NCBI GenBank assembly: GCA_963770895.1 | Contig: CAVYRF010000001.1 | Span: 64,001 to 128,000 of the forward strand | Length of the DNA stretch: 64,000 bases | Source of the DNA: an uncultured Acidobacteriota bacterium | GTDB taxonomy: Bacteria; Acidobacteriota; Thermoanaerobaculia; Multivoradales; UBA5704 | Direction: 5' to 3' | Shown here: piece by piece, positions 9,359 through 19,891 of the stretch | Numbering within the stretch: position 1 is the stretch's first letter | How the letters are laid out: every line of letters begins with the position of its first letter | Position numbers and translations under genes: made by a program | The notes under the pieces: generated by a model | The model's input: the letters and a program-made list of their open reading frames with translations, nothing else | Told to the model about the DNA's origin: nothing | The model's database searches: none

Positions 9359-9618
9359 AAGGCGAAAGAGTCCAGACCGGCGTCCGCATGGAAAAGCGCC
9401 TGGTGAAGGTCTTGAAGGCCCTCGCCGAACTGCGGGACCTCTCGCTCGGCGATCTCCTCGAATACATCGTCTGCCGCGCCTTCGAGGGGAAGGAGCCCTT
9501 CGTCGCCCATGAGGTCGGCCAGATTGTGCAGCTCATGGGCATCTATGAGCTTGATCCCGCCCGCTGCTGCCCCCGGCGGTCGCAAGAGGAGGCGGCCCTT
9601 GAGCCCAAAGAGAGCTAA
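9355..9618 (+). CDS. Ribbon-helix-helix-like small DNA-binding protein
   Basis: RVQTGVRMEKRLVKVLKALAELRDLSLGDLLE; ATGA overlap. Confidence 0.7.
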   Translation: MKGERVQTGVRMEKRLVKVLKALAELRDLSLGDLLEYIVCRAFEGKEPFVAHEVGQIVQLMGIYELDPARCCPRRSQEEAALEPKES

Positions 9619-10243
9619 GGCGATCCCGCAGGAGGAGGGGGCGCCCTCGGATGCGGAACTTCTCGCCACCTTGATCGCCGAACCGGGCGAGGACGCGATC
9701 CCCTTGGCGAAGGCTCTCATCCTCAAGTGGGGCGATCTCTTCTCGCTTCCCTCGACCACCCGCGCGATGCTCCGGCACGACGGGCTCGCCGAGGCTCAGG
9801 CGTCCCGGCTCCTTGCCGCTTCGGAACTTGCCCGGCGCCTGGCGCGCGAGGAGGTACCGCTCAGAAGGCCGCTGAACCGGCCGTACGAGGTCGCGCGCTA
9901 CCTGGCCCTGCGCTACGCCCGACGCGATCAGGAAATCATGGGCGCAATTTTCCTCGACGGGCAGCATCGTTTTCTCTCGGACGCCGAGCTTTACCGCGGC
10001 ACCATCAACAGGGCCAGGGTCGAGCCGCGGGAGGTGCTCAGGGAGTCACTTCTGCGCGGCGCTGCGTCCGTCATCCTTTTCCATACGCACCCGAGCGGCG
10101 ACCCCACCCCGAGCAGGGAGGATGTGGACTTCACCATGCGCATCGCCTATGCCGCCTCGGTTGTGGGAGTGAACCTCGTGGACCACCTGGTCCTCGGAAG
10201 CCCGGGCCGCTACGTCTCCCTCAAAGAGCGGGGTGTCTGGTGA
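9599..10243 (+). CDS. radC: RadC family JAB-domain protein
   Basis: VEPREV and ILFHTHPSGDPTPSREDV...LVDHLVLG; TTG start after GAGGAGG. Confidence 0.92.
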   Translation: MSPKRAKAIPQEEGAPSDAELLATLIAEPGEDAIPLAKALILKWGDLFSLPSTTRAMLRHDGLAEAQASRLLAASELARRLAREEVPLRRPLNRPYEVARYLALRYARRDQEIMGAIFLDGQHRFLSDAELYRGTINRARVEPREVLRESLLRGAASVILFHTHPSGDPTPSREDVDFTMRIAYAASVVGVNLVDHLVLGSPGRYVSLKERGVW

Positions 10244-10530
10244 AGGTCAAGGTCATGCTCTCCATGGACCGCGGGCTCTTCGACCTGTGCCGCGCGATCG
10301 CCCGCGCCCACGGAGTGCCGCTTGACGACCTGGTAGAGGAAACCCTGCTCGCGGCATTCGTCGGGGAAGAAGCCTTCGTCCCGAGGGAGCAGGACGAGAT
10401 CGCGCTCCTCTCGCGGCTGTATCTCTTGGACCTCCAGAGGCTCGCTGAGCTGCGCCTCAAAGGCGGGATACTCACTCGCGACCGGAAACCAAAACGCCGG
10501 AGGCGGCGCACGAAAAAGAACCCCACGTAA
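10240..10530 (+). CDS. Hypothetical protein (RHH-like)
   Basis: GTGA overlap with radC; VKVMLSMDRGLFDLCRAIARAHGVPLDDLVEE. Confidence 0.55.
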   Translation: MKVKVMLSMDRGLFDLCRAIARAHGVPLDDLVEETLLAAFVGEEAFVPREQDEIALLSRLYLLDLQRLAELRLKGGILTRDRKPKRRRRRTKKNPT

Positions 10531-10540
10531 AGGTGGGGTT
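10519..10540. terminator. Hairpin between convergent operons
   Basis: AACCCCAC-GTAAAG-GTGGGGTT. Confidence 0.5.
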
Positions 10541-10560
10541 GATGGGATGGGAAAGCGGGA

Positions 10561-11706
10561 TCACTCCCGCTCGGCGTAGGAGAGAAGGCCGCTGATTCGG
10601 TACTCGAAGGAGATGCGCTCGTCGGCGTGGGGGATCGAACGGGCGAGCGCGGTGCCGCCCTGGACGAGCTGCCAGAGGGTGCGGGCGCCGCCCTCCTCGA
10701 TCTTCGCCATTTCGATCACCGCCTCGCCCTCCTTCTTCGTGAAGTGGTGATAACGGAGCCAATCCAGAACCTTGGCGTCCGAGTCGACCTCCGTCACCGT
10801 GAGGTTCGCCGCCCGCGTGAGCTGTGCCTCCACCTCCCGGACGGAGGAGTCGGCATATGCCCGCAGATGCGGCAGCGCTTCCTTCGCGAACCGCTCCGCG
10901 GCGTTCTTCTTGTGGATGATCGTAAGCTCGCGCACGTCGGTTGCGCCCCACACGATGCGGTTGTCGCAGACGAAGTTATACAAGAACGTGGTGAGCCCGA
11001 AGGTGCGGGAGCCCACCTCCGAGTTCCAGACCATGAAGCCGCGGAAGAGATTGCGCTTCACGCCATCGGCCTCGAAGGAGACCGGGTTCTGGTCGTCCAC
11101 GAGGAAGATGAAGACATCGCGGTCGGAGGCGTAGAGGGTGGTGGCGCGCTTCGGGTTCTGCGCCGCGTAGCTTGCCGCCGGCACCCGCCAGCGGCCATCG
11201 GCGTTTAGGTCTCTGACCGCGCGCACGACCTCATGGTCGTAGATGCGGCCATAGTCGGGACCGACGAGGCAGCGCAGTTCGAGATGCCGCGCGCCGGGAC
11301 CATGCTCCTCGGTGCGGCTCATGAGCTGCACCCGGCCGGATGCCGCGAGGTGCCGGAGCCCCAGGTTCAGGGCGTGGGCTGCGAAGGCGGGACCGGCGGG
11401 AACGGTCGCGATCTCGCGGAGCCACTTTGCCGGGGTATGTGCCGCCGTGGCGAGCTGGCCGAGGCTCCAATGGGTAGGGTCGAGTTCCCCCAGCTCCTTG
11501 TGCTCGACCGTGAGCTGGCCGCCGGCGACCTCGCTTCCCCGGACGAGGAGGGAGCGGGTCGTGTCGGTGCGCACCCGGCTCTGGTGCGCACGGAGGTGGG
11601 TGGCCTCGTAGAGGTCATCGAGCGACAGGTAGCGCTCGTCGTCGGGGCGGCTGAACCACTCCTTCGAGGCGCGGGTCAGGGTCTTCTCTGCGGTGAGGGC
11701 GGACAT
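10561..11706 (-). CDS. DUF932 family protein (MGE-associated)
   Basis: EWFSRPDDERYLSL, TLYASDRDVFIFLVD, RGFMVWNSEVG, FVCDNRIVWG; AAGGAG RBS. Confidence 0.85.
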   Translation of the reverse strand: MSALTAEKTLTRASKEWFSRPDDERYLSLDDLYEATHLRAHQSRVRTDTTRSLLVRGSEVAGGQLTVEHKELGELDPTHWSLGQLATAAHTPAKWLREIATVPAGPAFAAHALNLGLRHLAASGRVQLMSRTEEHGPGARHLELRCLVGPDYGRIYDHEVVRAVRDLNADGRWRVPAASYAAQNPKRATTLYASDRDVFIFLVDDQNPVSFEADGVKRNLFRGFMVWNSEVGSRTFGLTTFLYNFVCDNRIVWGATDVRELTIIHKKNAAERFAKEALPHLRAYADSSVREVEAQLTRAANLTVTEVDSDAKVLDWLRYHHFTKKEGEAVIEMAKIEEGGARTLWQLVQGGTALARSIPHADERISFEYRISGLLSYAERE

Positions 11707-11764
11707 GGAAATCTCCTTGCCGGCGCGGGGGCCGGCCATTTATGCTGCTCGGGTTGGATTGGGG

Positions 11765-12007
11765 TTAGACGAGGCCGGCGAGGACGAGGGCGCTCGTGAC
11801 GGAGCGCGTCTCGCACTCCTCGCACCAGCCCTTGCGCTCGGCGGGTTCGACCTCAGAGCTGTGCGTGCAGCCAGGGTTCATGCAGATGCCGGGCACCACT
11901 TCATCCAGGGCGTAGGTCTGGATGAGTTCCGAGACCAACATGCCCCAAGTGCTCGCGAGCTGATCGAGCTTCGAGGCTTCGGCGTTCGCTTCGGCAGGCG
12001 TGGGCAT
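11765..12007 (-). CDS. Small Cys-rich (Zn-binding) hypothetical protein
   Basis: VPGICMNPGC...VEP...GWCEEC...SALVLAGLV; AGGAGAGG RBS. Confidence 0.75.
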   Translation of the reverse strand: MPTPAEANAEASKLDQLASTWGMLVSELIQTYALDEVVPGICMNPGCTHSSEVEPAERKGWCEECETRSVTSALVLAGLV

Positions 12008-12153
12008 ACCTCTCCTTTCTCGGCGCCAGGGCGCCGTGGGTTGTGAGGGAGCTGCCGTCAGTCTGCCGAGCAGAGGAAGAAGGTGGTAGGAGGGGAAACA
12101 TTGCGGGACCGAAAAGTAGTAGAATGCGGTCTTCTCTCCGAAGGAAGGTTTCT

Positions 12154-13161
12154 ATGAGCGACGAGCCCAAGGCACCAACTGGATTCGATCCGCAGGATCT
12201 GATTCCTTTCGCCGGAGCGCGAGACGCGGTGGATGCCTTTGCCGCCGCGCTACGGGCGCACGGAATCGAAATTGCTCCCGGTTCTGACCTCGAAGCTGTA
12301 GCATTGATAGTCCGGGAGATGGACGGCTGGCGGCTCAGGCCCAATACAGCCGAGTTGAATGAAGACATTCGCGTAGATCTTCGCCGCGTGGCGGGCTTGC
12401 TCGAATTGGTGAAGCATGTGAACGCTGAATATCTCAGAACATTGACGCTAGAGCCCTTCGTTCTTCATTTGATGCTTCTCAACGAGGCGCGACAAGTTGC
12501 CCAAAACGTGCCGCAAGTAATCGACGAGGCGACCAACAAGCTCTTCGAACTGTTCCTCGGCCTTCTTTGCTCGCGGTGCGGTACCAACCTCGCACTGGAT
12601 CACCCCGCCGCGGCACGCGGCGACAATCCTGACATCATGATAGATATTGAGAACCGCCGCTGGGGCTTTGCCTGCAAGGTGATCGAAGGGCAGTCGCCTC
12701 TCTCGTGGTTCACCCTGCTTGAAAAAGGAATAGACCAGATCGAGAAGTCGGAAGCGGAAATCGGTTGCGTCGCCTTCAATCTAAAGAATCTCATTGACCA
12801 CGATGCGCTGTGGCCGATCCTTAACGAGGAGGCTTATCGCGCTGGCACAGAGCCGCCCTATTTTGGCGCATGGCCCCATACCGGCCACATTCTAGACTAC
12901 CTGAAAACACAGGCCGAGTCCCGTCGTCTTGAATTCACGAAGATGAACACGACGGAAAAGATCAGGCAGCTGTTCGTCAACAAGAAATCAATTTCAGCAG
13001 CATTGTTCTTTCTGCCAACCGCCGCATGGGTTGAAAGTGAGGCCGGCCCGCTCCTTACAACGGCGCACGTTTTTTACCTGGCAGAATTCGAGCGCATTCC
13101 CGATGCTGACTTCAGGATCTTTTTACGACTGAACGAGGCGCTTCATCATCGCGCGACTTGA
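12154..13161 (+). CDS. Hypothetical protein, PD-(D/E)XK-like motif
   Basis: ELFLGL...DNPDIMIDIENRRWGFACK; lower GC. Confidence 0.65.
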   Translation: MSDEPKAPTGFDPQDLIPFAGARDAVDAFAAALRAHGIEIAPGSDLEAVALIVREMDGWRLRPNTAELNEDIRVDLRRVAGLLELVKHVNAEYLRTLTLEPFVLHLMLLNEARQVAQNVPQVIDEATNKLFELFLGLLCSRCGTNLALDHPAAARGDNPDIMIDIENRRWGFACKVIEGQSPLSWFTLLEKGIDQIEKSEAEIGCVAFNLKNLIDHDALWPILNEEAYRAGTEPPYFGAWPHTGHILDYLKTQAESRRLEFTKMNTTEKIRQLFVNKKSISAALFFLPTAAWVESEAGPLLTTAHVFYLAEFERIPDADFRIFLRLNEALHHRAT

Positions 13162-13223
13162 GGTATGCGTGCGCGCTCCGCACCGCTGTCAATGCCACTC
13201 ATCTTCGCGACTCGCCCAACCGC

Positions 13224-13880
13224 CTATCGCAAGAAGTCATCGGGATTTAACGATACCCGTGTCGGCTTGTGTTTGATCTTTGACAGTTGTGTGCGACTCT
13301 TGATATTTGCCAAGAATCTGCTCGCGAGATCTACGTACCGCTCGGCGATATCCCAATATCCTGAGTCCTTCCCAAGGCCGACGCAGACAGCAATGGCTTC
13401 CCGAACGGCACCGCTCTCCGGCAATGCTGCGTAATTGAACTTGGCGTCTAGCCTCAGCAGGGTCCTTAGCTCCTCGGTCGCGTCTACTGAGAGATCATGC
13501 TTGTAGGAGTTTGACAGGAGGCGAAGCACCTCCATCGCTTGGTATTCCGTGCATGCCTTGAGTTTCAGCCGCCCCCCAATTCTTTTCCAGTCCCAATTAA
13601 TCAAGCCTACTCTGAGTTCCTCTACGCGCTCCCTATATTGCTCGCCTTCGATCTCCCTACCATCATCAGCCGCGAGCGCTGCGATCCAAACCAGTTCTCT
13701 TTCAATTTGATGGCGCAGGGTTACGAGGAACATTAGGCAGAGTTCGTTGAGTAGTGGCTCGTCGTTGAATATCCACTGATCGTAGGCGAAATCCGGATCT
13801 TCGTCCCTGAGTAGCTCCGCTCGCCGCCGCTGCTCAGTCCTAATAACGGCGGTGAGTTCTTTCAGGAGTCGCACTTCCAT
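13224..13880 (-). CDS. Hypothetical protein with HEPN-like motif
   Basis: VLRLLSNSYKHD resembles the HEPN R/N...H signature; lower GC. Confidence 0.6.
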   Translation of the reverse strand: MEVRLLKELTAVIRTEQRRRAELLRDEDPDFAYDQWIFNDEPLLNELCLMFLVTLRHQIERELVWIAALAADDGREIEGEQYRERVEELRVGLINWDWKRIGGRLKLKACTEYQAMEVLRLLSNSYKHDLSVDATEELRTLLRLDAKFNYAALPESGAVREAIAVCVGLGKDSGYWDIAERYVDLASRFLANIKSRTQLSKIKHKPTRVSLNPDDFLR

Positions 13881-14418
13881 ATTTTCCTCGCATTTCTGGT
13901 AAGTGTAGAGTAGATCGGCTATCTTGACTTTGCCGCAAGCGCTGTCCCCTCCTGAGTCAGCGACCCTCGATCGTGAGTTGAGTATGGCGTGTTGTTTATC
14001 GACAGCGAAACCTTTCTGAGTCTTTCGCATTCAACAATGATGCCGCTATGTTATGCTGGTTGTATCGGATCATCTTTCCTTCTCCATATCTCTACGAGCT
14101 TGGAGAGGAGTATATCCCAAGTCCTAGGTATGCCCCGATACGGCCGACCAATCGATATTTTCTCGCGCTCCGCGAAGGCCCTCAGAGAGGGCCTTCGCAT
14201 CCCGATCGCCAACCCGGAAGGCGATGCGGGTGCCGGCGTTCCCGAGAAGCGCGGAGGCGACCTCGGGGGCCTTCACTTCGAGCTGGCGAAGGTCTTGATG
14301 GGCGAGGACGAGTCCCAGGCCGTACTTCCGCGCTCCCGCAAGGAGTTGCGCCATGCTCGCGGTCGGTAACCGTTCCGGCAACTGTCCCGCCGGCCGTCCA
14401 GCGCGGGAGAGGCGGCTC

Positions 14419-15951
14419 TCAGCGAGGCGCGGTGGTAGCGGCCCAGGCGGCGGGCGCGAGCTCGTGGAGGCGGTCGGGCGAATGGCTTGGCAGGCGCTCG
14501 AAGAGAGCGCGTAGGTAGGCGAAGGGCTCGACGCCGTGGCGCTTGGCGCTCGCGATGAGGCTGTAGAGCTTGGCGGCGCGGACCCCGCCAGCGTCGCTGC
14601 CGGCGAAGAGCCAGTTCTTGCGGCCGATCGCCACGCAACGAAGAGCCCGCTCCGAGGCGGAGTTGTCCGGGCCGAGCTCGCCATCGCTCAAGTAGCGCTC
14701 GAGGGCTGCCCACTGTCGCCGCGTGTAGCCGATGGCCGTGGCCAGGGCGCTCTTCGGTAAAACCTGTCGCTCCATGTCCTCGAGCCAGAGTTTGAAAGCG
14801 TCAAGAATCTCGCGAGAGGCCTCCTGCCGCCGAGCCAGGCGTTGCTCGAAATCCAGTTCCTTGTCGCTGGCGTCGCGCTCCACCTTGAACAGCTGGCTGA
14901 TAAAGGCCAACGCCGCGTATCCGCGAGTGTCGCCAGCGCCTATCGCCGCTTCGTGAAAGTAGCGGCGGCAGTGAGCCCAACATCCCACCTCCAACACTGA
15001 GCCAGAGGCATAGAGCGCGTCGTAGCCAGAATACGCGTCGGCTTGCAGAAAGCCTTGAAAGCCCTCGAGGAAGCGCCTGGGCCCGACTCCCTCTCGGGTC
15101 GGAGTGTAGTCATAGACGACATGGGGATGACCACGGTCGCCGAGATACACCCAGAGCCTGCCCTTGTGGGTTCCACCCTGCTCGTCGAGCACCGTGACCG
15201 GCGTGTCGTCGGTCTGAAGAATGCGGGAACCTCGGAGATCGCTCTGCATCCAGCTAACCAGGGGGCTAACCAACTCGGCAGCATCGGCAACCCAGCCGCA
15301 GAGCGTCGAACGCGACAGCGTAATGCCGTGCCGACTAAAGATCTGGCTCTGGCGGTAGAGTGGCAGGTGGTCACCGAACTTGCTGACAACGACATGCGCC
15401 AAGAGTCCTGCGCCCGGAAGGCCCTTATCGATTGCACGTGGCGGCTGGGGGGCGCGCTTGATCGACTCGTCGCAGCCCTTGCAGGCGAACACGCCGCGCA
15501 CGTGCTCAATGATCTTGAACGAAGCCGGCGTATAGTCGAGCTGTTCCGTCGTCTCCTCGTGGATCTTCGTGAGCTCTTCGCCGCAGGACGCACAACAGCG
15601 CTCGTGTTCAGGCAGCAGGTGCTCGACGCGCTCTCGTGGAAGATCCTTTGGCAGCGGCTGACGCTTCGCTACGCCATGCCGGCGATGTTTGCCCGCCTCG
15701 ACCTCTTGCTCAAGCCGCTCCAGCTGGGGCTGCGAGATTCCGAGGTCTCGCATCGCTTCAAACACCAGCTCAAGCTGCCTTGGATCCAGCTTCTCCGAAT
15801 GCTTGCGGAACAGTTTCCTGAAGAGGGCGTCCACCTCTGTCTGCAGATACGCATTCTTGCGCTCAAGCCGGTCGACCGCCCCCAACAGCTGAGCGATCAC
15901 TCCTCGCAGCAGGGCCGGATCGTCCGGAAGCGTGTTCGGATCGAGGTCCAT
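14419..15951 (-). CDS. tnpC: IS66 DDE transposase TnpC
   Basis: SKFGDHLPLYRQ, LQTDDT, LQADAYSGY, CWAHCRR, DNSASERALR. Confidence 0.95.
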   Translation of the reverse strand: MDLDPNTLPDDPALLRGVIAQLLGAVDRLERKNAYLQTEVDALFRKLFRKHSEKLDPRQLELVFEAMRDLGISQPQLERLEQEVEAGKHRRHGVAKRQPLPKDLPRERVEHLLPEHERCCASCGEELTKIHEETTEQLDYTPASFKIIEHVRGVFACKGCDESIKRAPQPPRAIDKGLPGAGLLAHVVVSKFGDHLPLYRQSQIFSRHGITLSRSTLCGWVADAAELVSPLVSWMQSDLRGSRILQTDDTPVTVLDEQGGTHKGRLWVYLGDRGHPHVVYDYTPTREGVGPRRFLEGFQGFLQADAYSGYDALYASGSVLEVGCWAHCRRYFHEAAIGAGDTRGYAALAFISQLFKVERDASDKELDFEQRLARRQEASREILDAFKLWLEDMERQVLPKSALATAIGYTRRQWAALERYLSDGELGPDNSASERALRCVAIGRKNWLFAGSDAGGVRAAKLYSLIASAKRHGVEPFAYLRALFERLPSHSPDRLHELAPAAWAATTAPR

Positions 15952-16336
15952 AGAATGGTTTCGTTCTATCAGATTCTTCTTGCGCCTGTCCACTCCCGCG
16001 ACGCCATCGGCGGCGCCTCCTGACAGTGGCAAGCTCGATCCCTTCAAGCACCATCACCAGGTCGGCGGCGGAGATCTCCGCTCTGTCGCCGGGATGGCCA
16101 GGAAACTCGAAGCGACCGGCCTCCAGGCGCTTATACCAAATCCACAGCCCGGAGCCGTCGAACGAGAGAATTTTCAGCCGGTCCCGACGCCGATTCCAGA
16201 ACACGAACAGAGCTCCCGAAAGAGGGTCCTCCAGCAGACGCTCGCGAACGGCTACCTCGAGGCCGTCGAACGACCGACGCATGTCAAGCGGCTCGCGACA
16301 GATCAGCACTCGCGTGGACAGCGGTAGCGTCAGCAC
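15863..16336 (-). CDS. tnpB: IS66 accessory protein TnpB
   Basis: PLDMRRSFDGL...LFVFWNRRRDRLKIL...YKRLEAGRF. Confidence 0.92.
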   Translation of the reverse strand: MLTLPLSTRVLICREPLDMRRSFDGLEVAVRERLLEDPLSGALFVFWNRRRDRLKILSFDGSGLWIWYKRLEAGRFEFPGHPGDRAEISAADLVMVLEGIELATVRRRRRWRRGSGQAQEESDRTKPFYGPRSEHASGRSGPAARSDRSAVGGGRPA

Positions 16337-16710
16337 CCTGCCACCTCGAGAACGCCAAGGAGACGCCGCAACGCTACCTCGTCAAACTCTCGCGGAATTG
16401 CAAGTGCAAGCCCGTCGGGCCAACGCAACTCGAAGCCGGAGCCCAAGGCCATCGGAGATTGGTCGGCGACCCGCACCTCCGTGAACCGCGGCCCGTCCGC
16501 CTGGGCGACCCTCGACGCCGGCGGTAACCGCCGATCAACTCCAGCCCTTGAGCTCCGGAGCCGCCACTGCCACCACTGAAGCGTCGACGCCTGGATCCCC
16601 CGGCGCCGACAGAACTGAGCCCGCTCCTCTCCCGTCTCAGCAAGTTCCGCCAACAACGCCTGCCACTCGCTCGCGCCACGCCGCTTCGTGCCTCGCTTCC
16701 GCTCTGCCAT
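16330..16710 (-). CDS. tnpA: IS66 accessory protein TnpA
   Basis: EWQALL...AQFCRRRGI..STLQWWQWRL; first ORF inside the IS end. Confidence 0.85.
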   Translation of the reverse strand: MAERKRGTKRRGASEWQALLAELAETGEERAQFCRRRGIQASTLQWWQWRLRSSRAGVDRRLPPASRVAQADGPRFTEVRVADQSPMALGSGFELRWPDGLALAIPREFDEVALRRLLGVLEVAGC

Positions 16711-18757
16711 GTCGTACCTCCTGGCAGAGCAGAGTGCCCGATTCCGGCTCACGGCGAAAGGTACGGTTCACCGAACGCTTACCGCGGTCGCGACCTCCTG
16801 GCACTCGTCCGCGTAGAGGAAGAAAGGCCGGCGTTCCTCCCGCTTCACCTCCTGGCGACTCATGCATGTCTGGTGGAACTTGGAGACGAGGAGACTTCCG
16901 AGGAGAGCGGCGTTCTCGTCGCCGATCGCGCCCTGCGAAAGACGCGCAAGGAAGATCTGGCCCCGGTCCACGATGGAACGCAGATCAAGCCGGCTCTCCC
17001 TGGCGCCCACGATCTGCCGTACCGTCTTATTTCTCAAGAAGCCATCGAGGCGGGTGAGGATCGCGCCCACGCTCTTGCCAGCCGCCAGAGCGAACTCATG
17101 GCGAAAGTATGAAAGGAGGTATGGGTCCTCGACCGCGGCAAGGAGCCGCTCGCGGGTCTGCCGGTCCACGAGGAACTCCCTGAGATCAAGGAGCGTGCTT
17201 CCGGGATTCTCCAGGAGCACCAAGACCGCGTTCCCCAAGACGCTCGTCATCTGGTCGCCCCAGGAGGTCGAGAAGCGCCGGAAGATGCCTACGAGATCCG
17301 AGGCAAGGAGGGTGCGCTCAAGCTCGCTGTGGGCTTCGAGGATGTTCCAGGCAACCGGGTATGCAGTGTCCGCCGGATCGAAGAGGATGGCGTCCGATAG
17401 GCGCCCCTCGGGAATGCGTCCCGCGATCTCGTCTATAAGATCGCCGTGCGGGTCGAGGACGCCCACGCCCAGGCCTTCTTCGATGTCCTGCATAATGAGA
17501 TCAATTAGGAGCGTGGACTTGCCGGAGCCCGAGGCGCCGATCACATGGAGATGCCGGAGCCGCAGATCATTCGGCAGCCGCACCGGCACCGTCTTCCCGT
17601 GGTGCACGTTCTCGCCGAGAAGAATCCCCGCGCCTTGGGAAAGTATGGGCGCCGATTTCGAGCGCCGTATCTCCCGCAGGAGCTTCGGCACCCGAACTGA
17701 AGCGCTTGGGAGGTGCGCGAGGGCCGCCAGCTCATCGCTCCCCACGATCATGCCCGGCCGGCGACTCACTCGGTCGAAGATCTGCTCGGTCGCGTCCTCG
17801 CCCTCCTCGGAGGCGAGCGGGAGAAGCTCGTTGCCGTGAGGCACGCCGAAGTGGGTCAGTGCTCCGGCAAGATCGCGCACGATCCGCCAAGCGCCGGTCT
17901 GGTCCTCACTCTTCGCCGCCACCCGGAGGCAGGCGGCATACAGAGGTCGGGAGACTTTCTCCCGCGCGGCCTTCGTGAGTTCGGGATAGTCGGCGAAGAA
18001 GGGCTCGCCGCCCCCGGTCACGACCGCGCGCATCACGCTCTCCGCCCACCGCTCGCGGACTCGCGCGAAGAGGACTTGCACGAGGCCGGCTTCGCCGGGC
18101 TCAAGCTCGGCCATCGCCCCGAAGAGCGGCAGCAAGGGATCAGGGTCGAGGGAGCGGAAGGAGGCCAAGGGCAGCATGAACTCGCGCGCCAGGCCGAAGT
18201 GTACGAGGACGGTCTCGCCCTCGTGCCTGGTCCACGTCTCACGCAACTTTTCCGACTCACCGGAGATCGAGACCTCAGGGAAGAAGGCGCGGAGCTGGTT
18301 GGCGAGAAGGCCCGCATCCGGGGCGCGGGAGACGAGCTGCACGCGGAGCTGATCCGATAGACCCAGCACCTCGAAGGCCAAGGGCAGCTCGGCGCCGGAG
18401 AGAGCGAGGAGGAAGCGCTCCGCGCTCTCCGCCTTCACCGCCTCGTCCCGCGGCAGGGAGACCACGCACTCGGTGAGCGGTTCGTCGGTCGCGAAGGTCT
18501 CTACCTCGGGCTCTTCGATCTGCGACAGCGCCGGCTCGGGCCGAGTCGGCGCGATGAGGCGACTGAGGAGACCTGGCCGGTGGCCGTCGTCCTTGATGGG
18601 CTGGAGGAAATATCCGGGGAAGGGTACGTAGGGCGGTTCGAGTGCGACCACGGAGGGAAACTCCTGCCAGCCCCGACCGCGCAGTTCCCAGGCGTAGAAC
18701 TGCTCGGTCAGGCGCTCCGGCAGGGTGGGACGGGTCATCCGCTATCCCGCGGCGCGA

Positions 18758-19438
18758 TTACCTCTTGCCGCCCGGCTGGAAAGGGATCTTGCGCGCCTCC
18801 TCGGAGAGACCGCGCACGCCTTGGGCGGAAGTCACCTGGTCGATGGCTTCCGTGACCGCATGGTGCACCGACTCGCGGAACATGATCGCGGTGTCCTCGT
18901 TGAAGTATGTCTGCGGACGGAAGATGAGGCCGTAGAAGAAGCCGGTGATCGGCATCGAGAGCACCGTAGGTTCACTTCCGGTCTCGCCATAGCGGACGAG
19001 GAACCCAAGGCCCACGAGGAGGCCGAGGAGGAGCAAGGGGCCGCCCACGACCGCTATGCACCCATGGCCTCCCTCGCTCCCAGGATTGTCGCTCGTGAAC
19101 GCACGAAACATGAAAAAGGCCACAGCCAGCATGACGATTATAAAGAGGAAGTCCAGGAGGACGCGCTTGATCTTCGCAAGCCACCAGGAGAAGAAGTATC
19201 CGGTCCCGAAAGGGGCGGCGCAGATGTCGAAGTTCAGGCCCTCGCGACTGATGCGGAGATAGGCGCGCTTGCCGGAGCCCACGCCGCTTTCCTTCCATTC
19301 CACCTCGGAGATTTTGAGGTTCGGAATCTCGCGGCGGGCAACGCCGGCTTTAACCAATTCATAAAACTCGAGCGATGAGGTCGCAAAGCCCTCGATCAGG
19401 GAGTGCCAGTGGCCTTCGACCTGCGGGTTCTTAGACAT
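18758..19438 (-). CDS. Conserved membrane protein (paralog of 54103..54768)
   Basis: FDICAAPFGTGYFFSWWL, 2-3 hydrophobic helices; directly upstream of the large ATPase. Confidence 0.8.
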   Translation of the reverse strand: MSKNPQVEGHWHSLIEGFATSSLEFYELVKAGVARREIPNLKISEVEWKESGVGSGKRAYLRISREGLNFDICAAPFGTGYFFSWWLAKIKRVLLDFLFIIVMLAVAFFMFRAFTSDNPGSEGGHGCIAVVGGPLLLLGLLVGLGFLVRYGETGSEPTVLSMPITGFFYGLIFRPQTYFNEDTAIMFRESVHHAVTEAIDQVTSAQGVRGLSEEARKIPFQPGGKR

Positions 19439-19891
19439 TTGTCTACCTCTGAATGGACAGCATCCACACGAAGCTGCGGCGATGTCAGCCTCTCCAAAAT
19501 GCAAACATCCTATACAAACCTGCCGAGGGTCGCATCGTCACATTTCCACATCTCCATATTGTCATTTGTCTTGCAGTGCGACCTCCACTTAAGATATTTC
19601 CATAGTCTATCTCGACTTCAGACAAGAATCGCGACGAAATGCGCTGCCCCGACCGCTCCAGGGGCGACGGGCCTACCGCTTTGGTAAAGGGCGAAGCGAC
19701 ACGAGAGCACCGGAACATGCGCGCATCCGGCACGCGAGACGAGGCCCCCTACTATGCCAATTGAACCCGGCCATCAGCGCACCTCGCATCGTTACGCACG
19801 CGAACTGCGAGTTGCCTCCCATCTCGAAGAACGAGTATGGATTGCGGCGAAGGTCATTAACCTATCCGCGATTTGGAAACGCGGCTAGGCA

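Larger units (their letters stand above)
14366..16782 (-). mobile_element. IS66 family insertion sequence
   Basis: Ends GTAAGCGTTCGG / GTAACCGTTCCG; 8-bp target duplication CGCGGTCG at 14358-14365 and 16783-16790; tnpA-tnpB-tnpC order. Confidence 0.95.
14124..18738 (-). pseudogene. Large VirD4/TraD-like ATPase (paralog of 54786..57779), split by IS66 and 3'-truncated
   Basis: Walker A GASGSGKS; ...ADECQEVATA|IS66|SMAQLLAGARKYG... Homology to the intact copy stops at ALSEGL (~14175). Confidence 0.9.

Noticed and set aside
19500-19890. Structured ncRNA upstream of the four-gene operon
   Set aside because: I could not identify a convincing stable stem or known motif by eye; an Rfam or covariation search would be needed.
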